64,000 nt of DNA from Alphaproteobacteria bacterium (GTDB lineage Bacteria > Pseudomonadota > Alphaproteobacteria > GCA-2731375). The position numbers and the translations under genes were made by a program. Positions 62,576-64,000 of this stretch are shown one piece after another. The notes under the pieces are model-generated. The model was not told where the DNA came from and did not search any database. It was given only the letters and a program-made list of their open reading frames with translations. The stretch is taken from contig CBDDBZ010000038.1 of the NCBI GenBank assembly GCA_965225945.1, positions 96,001-160,000 of the forward strand. Reading direction: 5' to 3'. Every line of letters starts with the position of its first letter. Position 1 is the stretch's first letter.

Positions 62576-62798
62576 GGGCCTCGAGGCTCCCCAAGCTAGT
62601 GGATAGAATCCGCTAGGTCTTCCCGCGTCGATTCCGGCGCCGATACAGCCGGTCCCGATCGAACGCGCCCGACAGACTAGCCAAACTTAGTAAAATTTGA
62701 CTAAGAGTCCGAGGCGATATGTCACATGAATAGTGCTCACCGAATGCCCGCCTCGTTCGATCTCGTCGATCGGCGGGCAAACCGAGCGGCCCGGAGAC

Positions 62799-63488
62799 AT
62801 GAACACGACGGCCAGCCCTCTCGACGAAGCGGTGCGACGCCAGATCGATCGGATCAAAATCGATTCGGCGCGCCCGCTCCTGATCACCGATGCCGACGAG
62901 GTGCTGTTGCAGTTCGTCCGCGCGCTGGAAACCCACCTCCTCGGCATCGATCTCTATCTCGACCTGAGTTCATTCGCGCTCACCGGTAACATCAAGCAGC
63001 GGGCCGACGACCGCGCCCTGGAGGCGAGCGAGGTAAAGCGGGTGCTCGCCGATTTCTTCGAGGCGAGGACCGAAACCGTGGCGCCGGTGATGGGCGCGGC
63101 GGAGGCGCTGGCCGAACTCTCCCGCCGGGCGCAAATCGTGGTGCTTTCGAACATGCCCACACACCTCGCCGAGGCGCGGCGCCGGGGCCTGGCACGCCAT
63201 GGCATGGACTATCCAGTGATCGCCAACAGCGGTAAAAAGGGCCCGCCCGTGCGCTACCTGGCGGCGGCGGCGGCGCCGGCCCCGAGCTTCTTCATGGACG
63301 ATATTCCGGGCAATCACGACTCCGTCGCGGCCGAGGCGGGCGAGGTCATTCGGCTGCATTTCGTCGCCGATCCGAGGCTCGCGCGCCTGGTGAAGACCGC
63401 CGAGAGCGCCCATGTCAGAATCGACGATTGGCCGGCCGCGCGCAACTATATCGAACGGCACCTCGACGGGGCCGGCCAGGAGGCGTGA
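62799..63488 (+). CDS. HAD-like hypothetical protein
   Basis: PLLITDADEVLL, VVLSN, FMDD motifs; RBS GGAG. Confidence 0.8.
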   Translation: MNTTASPLDEAVRRQIDRIKIDSARPLLITDADEVLLQFVRALETHLLGIDLYLDLSSFALTGNIKQRADDRALEASEVKRVLADFFEARTETVAPVMGAAEALAELSRRAQIVVLSNMPTHLAEARRRGLARHGMDYPVIANSGKKGPPVRYLAAAAAPAPSFFMDDIPGNHDSVAAEAGEVIRLHFVADPRLARLVKTAESAHVRIDDWPAARNYIERHLDGAGQEA

Positions 63489-63492
63489 GGAA

Positions 63493-64000
63493 ATGCGCAT
63501 CGGTGTCGACCTCGGCGGCACGAAGATCGAGGCGATCGCGCTCGGCCCCGACGGCGAGATCCGGGTCCGCGAACGGGTGGCGACGCCGAAGGGCGATTAC
63601 GCCGCCACCATCGCCGCCGTCGCCGCGCTGGTGGAGCGCGTCGCCTCGGCCGGCGGCGCGGGCGCCCTGACCCCCGTGGGCGTGGCGATACCGGGCGCGA
63701 TTTCGCCCGCGACCGGTCTGGTGAAGAACGCCAATTCGATCTGCCTGATCGGCCACGCCTTCGATTCGGACCTGGCGGAAGCGCTCGCCCGCCCGGTGCG
63801 GATGGCCAACGACGCCAACTGCTTCGCCCTCTCCGAGGCGGCGGACGGCGCCGGGCGGGGCGCGTCTTGCGTCTTCGGCGTCATCCTCGGCACCGGTGTC
63901 GGCGGCGGCTTGGTGGTCGACGGGCGGCTGGTCGACGGCGCCAACAGAATCGCCGGGGAATGGGGCCATAATCCGCTGCCCTGGGCCGACGCGGCGGAAT
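63493..64000 (+). CDS. ROK family sugar kinase (Mak/fructokinase-like), runs off the window edge
   Basis: Manual translation MRIGVDLGGTKIE..., ANDANCFALSEA, GVILGTGVGGG, AGEWGHNPLP. Confidence 0.92.
   Translation, partial: MRIGVDLGGTKIEAIALGPDGEIRVRERVATPKGDYAATIAAVAALVERVASAGGAGALTPVGVAIPGAISPATGLVKNANSICLIGHAFDSDLAEALARPVRMANDANCFALSEAADGAGRGASCVFGVILGTGVGGGLVVDGRLVDGANRIAGEWGHNPLPWADAAE

Overview
High-GC (~70%) alphaproteobacterial chromosome segment, probably from a long-read assembly. Core blocks are popZ-tolC-pcm-tRNA-Cys, pimC/D-like acyl-CoA dehydrogenases, FecR/OmpA, GST, MFS, a carboxyltransferase-SppA-methyltransferase-SDR run, threonine synthase, A2M-pbpC, a sulfur/persulfide cluster, divK and a ROK kinase. 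Three IS-rich accessory zones interrupt them (3-8.9, 15.5-31.4 and 45.8-54.6 kb). Best find: a group II intron that appears to home into its own domain V/domain VI junction. A complete copy sits exactly between DV and DVI of a second copy, its EBS1/EBS2 are complementary to that junction, and six tandem copies of the 38-nt domain VI lie downstream, like a tally of repeated self-insertion. Also found: a probable selenocysteine-containing ArsM-like methyltransferase with a SECIS-like hairpin, an IS3-like element with a 14-bp target duplication, a 755-bp transposase-less cassette with 43-bp inverted ends, and two recombinase+IS91-like elements bracketing a STAND cyclase gene. Parts of 15.5-18.9 and 22.0-22.4 kb look like chimeric, noisy consensus. 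All calls are by eye; no searches were run.
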